The notes under the pieces: generated by a model | What the model saw: only the letters and a program-made list of their open reading frames with translations | The model's database searches: none | What the model was told of the DNA's origin: nothing | Position numbers and translations under genes: made by a program | Source: Gemmatimonadales bacterium | GTDB taxonomy: Bacteria; Gemmatimonadota; Gemmatimonadetes; Gemmatimonadales; GWC2-71-9 | Direction of reading: 5' to 3' | NCBI GenBank assembly: GCA_041613315.1 | Contig: JBFJHJ010000031.1 | Coordinates: 1 to 38,684, forward strand | Length of the DNA: 38,684 nt | Shown here: in pieces, positions 37,314 through 38,684 of the stretch | How the letters are laid out: every line of letters begins with the position of its first letter | How positions within the stretch are numbered: position 1 is the first letter of the stretch

Positions 37314-38684
37314 CTAACGCGCGTCGCCCGTCAGCCGGTCGAACGTCAGGTTCAGGATGGGATAGCGCCGCCAGTCGCGGTAGTCGAAGTGCCACCACTC
37401 GAACTCGTACACGTCGAACCCCGCAGTCGCCATGGCCGAGCGCAGCAGTTCGCGGTGCCAGCGCTGCAGCGCGGTGCCCCCCAAGTACTCCGGATACGAG
37501 CGCTCCGAGAACTCGTCGTAGCCGCCGGTCATCTCGACGGGCCGCCCCGTGGCGCGCTCGAACAGCGTGAGATCCACGGCCGCCCCGCGGTTGTGCCGCG
37601 AACCGTTGGCTGGATTGGCGACGAAGATCTTCTGGTCCGCCGGCGTCGCGTCCCAGAACATCTTTGTGACGTACCAGGGCCGGTAGGCATCGTGGATGAG
37701 GAGACCGTACCCCTGCCGCCGCAGCGCGCGGTGTGCGCGCACCACCGCCTCCGCCGCGGGCCGCTGCAGAAACGCGTGCGGCTCGGGGTAGAACAGCGTC
37801 TGCATGAAGTTGTTCGTGGTGGCATAGCGGATGTCGTACCGGATCGTTGAGTCGAGCCCGCGGAGCTCGACCAGGTCGGGCGCTAACCGCTCGCCCGTCT
37901 CGAGCGGTGGGGTCGCCGCCAGTGCCTCGGTCCGGAGCGCCTCGATTGGCCGCACCGGCGTGATCGTGAACGTGGCCCCCGCCTCGGGCCGCCGCTGGAA
38001 CACGATGCCGGCCGCCTCGACCGCCGTCGCACGCCCGTCGGGCCCGCGACGGAAGACCAGCCGCTCGCCGGGATACAAGCCGCGGGCGTCCGGAAACGCG
38101 AAGACGTCCCGCTCGACTTCCTCGAGCGGGTCGATGAAGAACCATTCGATCAGGGCGTGGAGCTTCCCGGCGTCCTCGAAGATGTACAGCACGTTGTGAT
38201 CCCAGCCGTACTCGCCTACCAGACCGCGCCACCGCTCGGGGGCCGGCGTCGGCTTGGGTGTGGGGGCGCGCCGCAGCGTGTCCCTGCGCGTGACCAGGGC
38301 GTTGTCGAGCGGGATGAAGCGCGCGCCGTAGTCCAACCGGTCGTCCACCACGAGCGTGTCGCCGCGGGCGCGGAGCCGGACTCGACCACCGGGCGCGAAC
38401 GCGTACAGGACATCCTGCCGCGCCACGACGTCGATCTGTCGGTCACCGAGCCCGTACCGGCCTGCCACGCCTCGGGCGACGGCGGCCGGCACCGGCTCGG
38501 TCATCTCTGGCCCGGGTAACGGCTCGCCGGCCTTCACCGCCACCATCAGGCGCAGCGCGTACGACGTGATCCGCCCCACGACCGCATTGGCCCCGTCCAT
38601 GGTCGTGACGGCGACCGCTCCCAGCCGCTCGTCCGGGAGTGCCCTCAGATCGGTGGCGAACCCGTAGATAGCGCCCCCGTGGCC
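37314..38684 (-). CDS. Serine hydrolase (beta-lactamase-like) fused to M15 D-alanyl-D-alanine dipeptidase (5' part outside window)
   Basis: The frame stays open to the window end (GHGGAIYGFATDL…LGAVAVTT-MDGAN), the HxG motif of beta-lactamase-fold hydrolases. The C-terminal domain has VanX/DdpX motifs DIRYATTNNF, DAYRP, SRHNRGAAVDLT, EWWHF. Confidence 0.88.
   Translation of the reverse strand, partial: GHGGAIYGFATDLRALPDERLGAVAVTTMDGANAVVGRITSYALRLMVAVKAGEPLPGPEMTEPVPAAVARGVAGRYGLGDRQIDVVARQDVLYAFAPGGRVRLRARGDTLVVDDRLDYGARFIPLDNALVTRRDTLRRAPTPKPTPAPERWRGLVGEYGWDHNVLYIFEDAGKLHALIEWFFIDPLEEVERDVFAFPDARGLYPGERLVFRRGPDGRATAVEAAGIVFQRRPEAGATFTITPVRPIEALRTEALAATPPLETGERLAPDLVELRGLDSTIRYDIRYATTNNFMQTLFYPEPHAFLQRPAAEAVVRAHRALRRQGYGLLIHDAYRPWYVTKMFWDATPADQKIFVANPANGSRHNRGAAVDLTLFERATGRPVEMTGGYDEFSERSYPEYLGGTALQRWHRELLRSAMATAGFDVYEFEWWHFDYRDWRRYPILNLTFDRLTGDAR

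Noticed and set aside
37314..37860. vanX glycopeptide-resistance cluster
   Set aside because: No vanH/vanA/vanR/vanS nearby; the domain is part of a fusion in a housekeeping context.

Overview
High-GC core-genome window. I infer a diderm FCB-group bacterium, most likely Gemmatimonadota, from the gene set (PorV-like barrel, bshC, mcsA-mcsB-clpC next to bamA-lpx). All 36 supported CDSs and one tRNA-Gly(CCC) lie on the minus strand, many coupled by overlapping stop/start codons. In transcription order: serine-hydrolase/VanX-like D,D-dipeptidase fusion (partial), era, Trm112-like, PorV-like, hypothetical exported protein, pseudo-receiver-GGDEF, zinc-ribbon/RomX-like protein, prfB (programmed +1 frameshift), lysS, lolC/E, lolD, mcsA, mcsB, clpC, bamA, skp, lpxD, lpxC, fabZ, lpxA, lpxB, DUF374, lpxK, gdh, rlmH, SAM methyltransferase, bshC, small membrane protein, murJ, uvrC, thrC-like, larC, TPR protein, tRNA-Gly, DUF512 radical SAM, der, plsY (partial). 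I saw no mobile element, CRISPR array or prophage. Best leads: (1) a zinc-ribbon/RomX-like fusion paired with a pseudo-receiver diguanylate cyclase, a possible Mgl-type polarity module outside myxobacteria; (2) a ctsR-less protein-arginine-phosphorylation/ClpC module embedded in the Lol-Bam-lipid A operon; (3) a methyltransferase coupled to bshC, a possible N-methyl-bacillithiol pathway; (4) a 10-nt-periodic palindromic DNA element inserted in frame into uvrC. All family calls come from motif recognition only; no searches were run.
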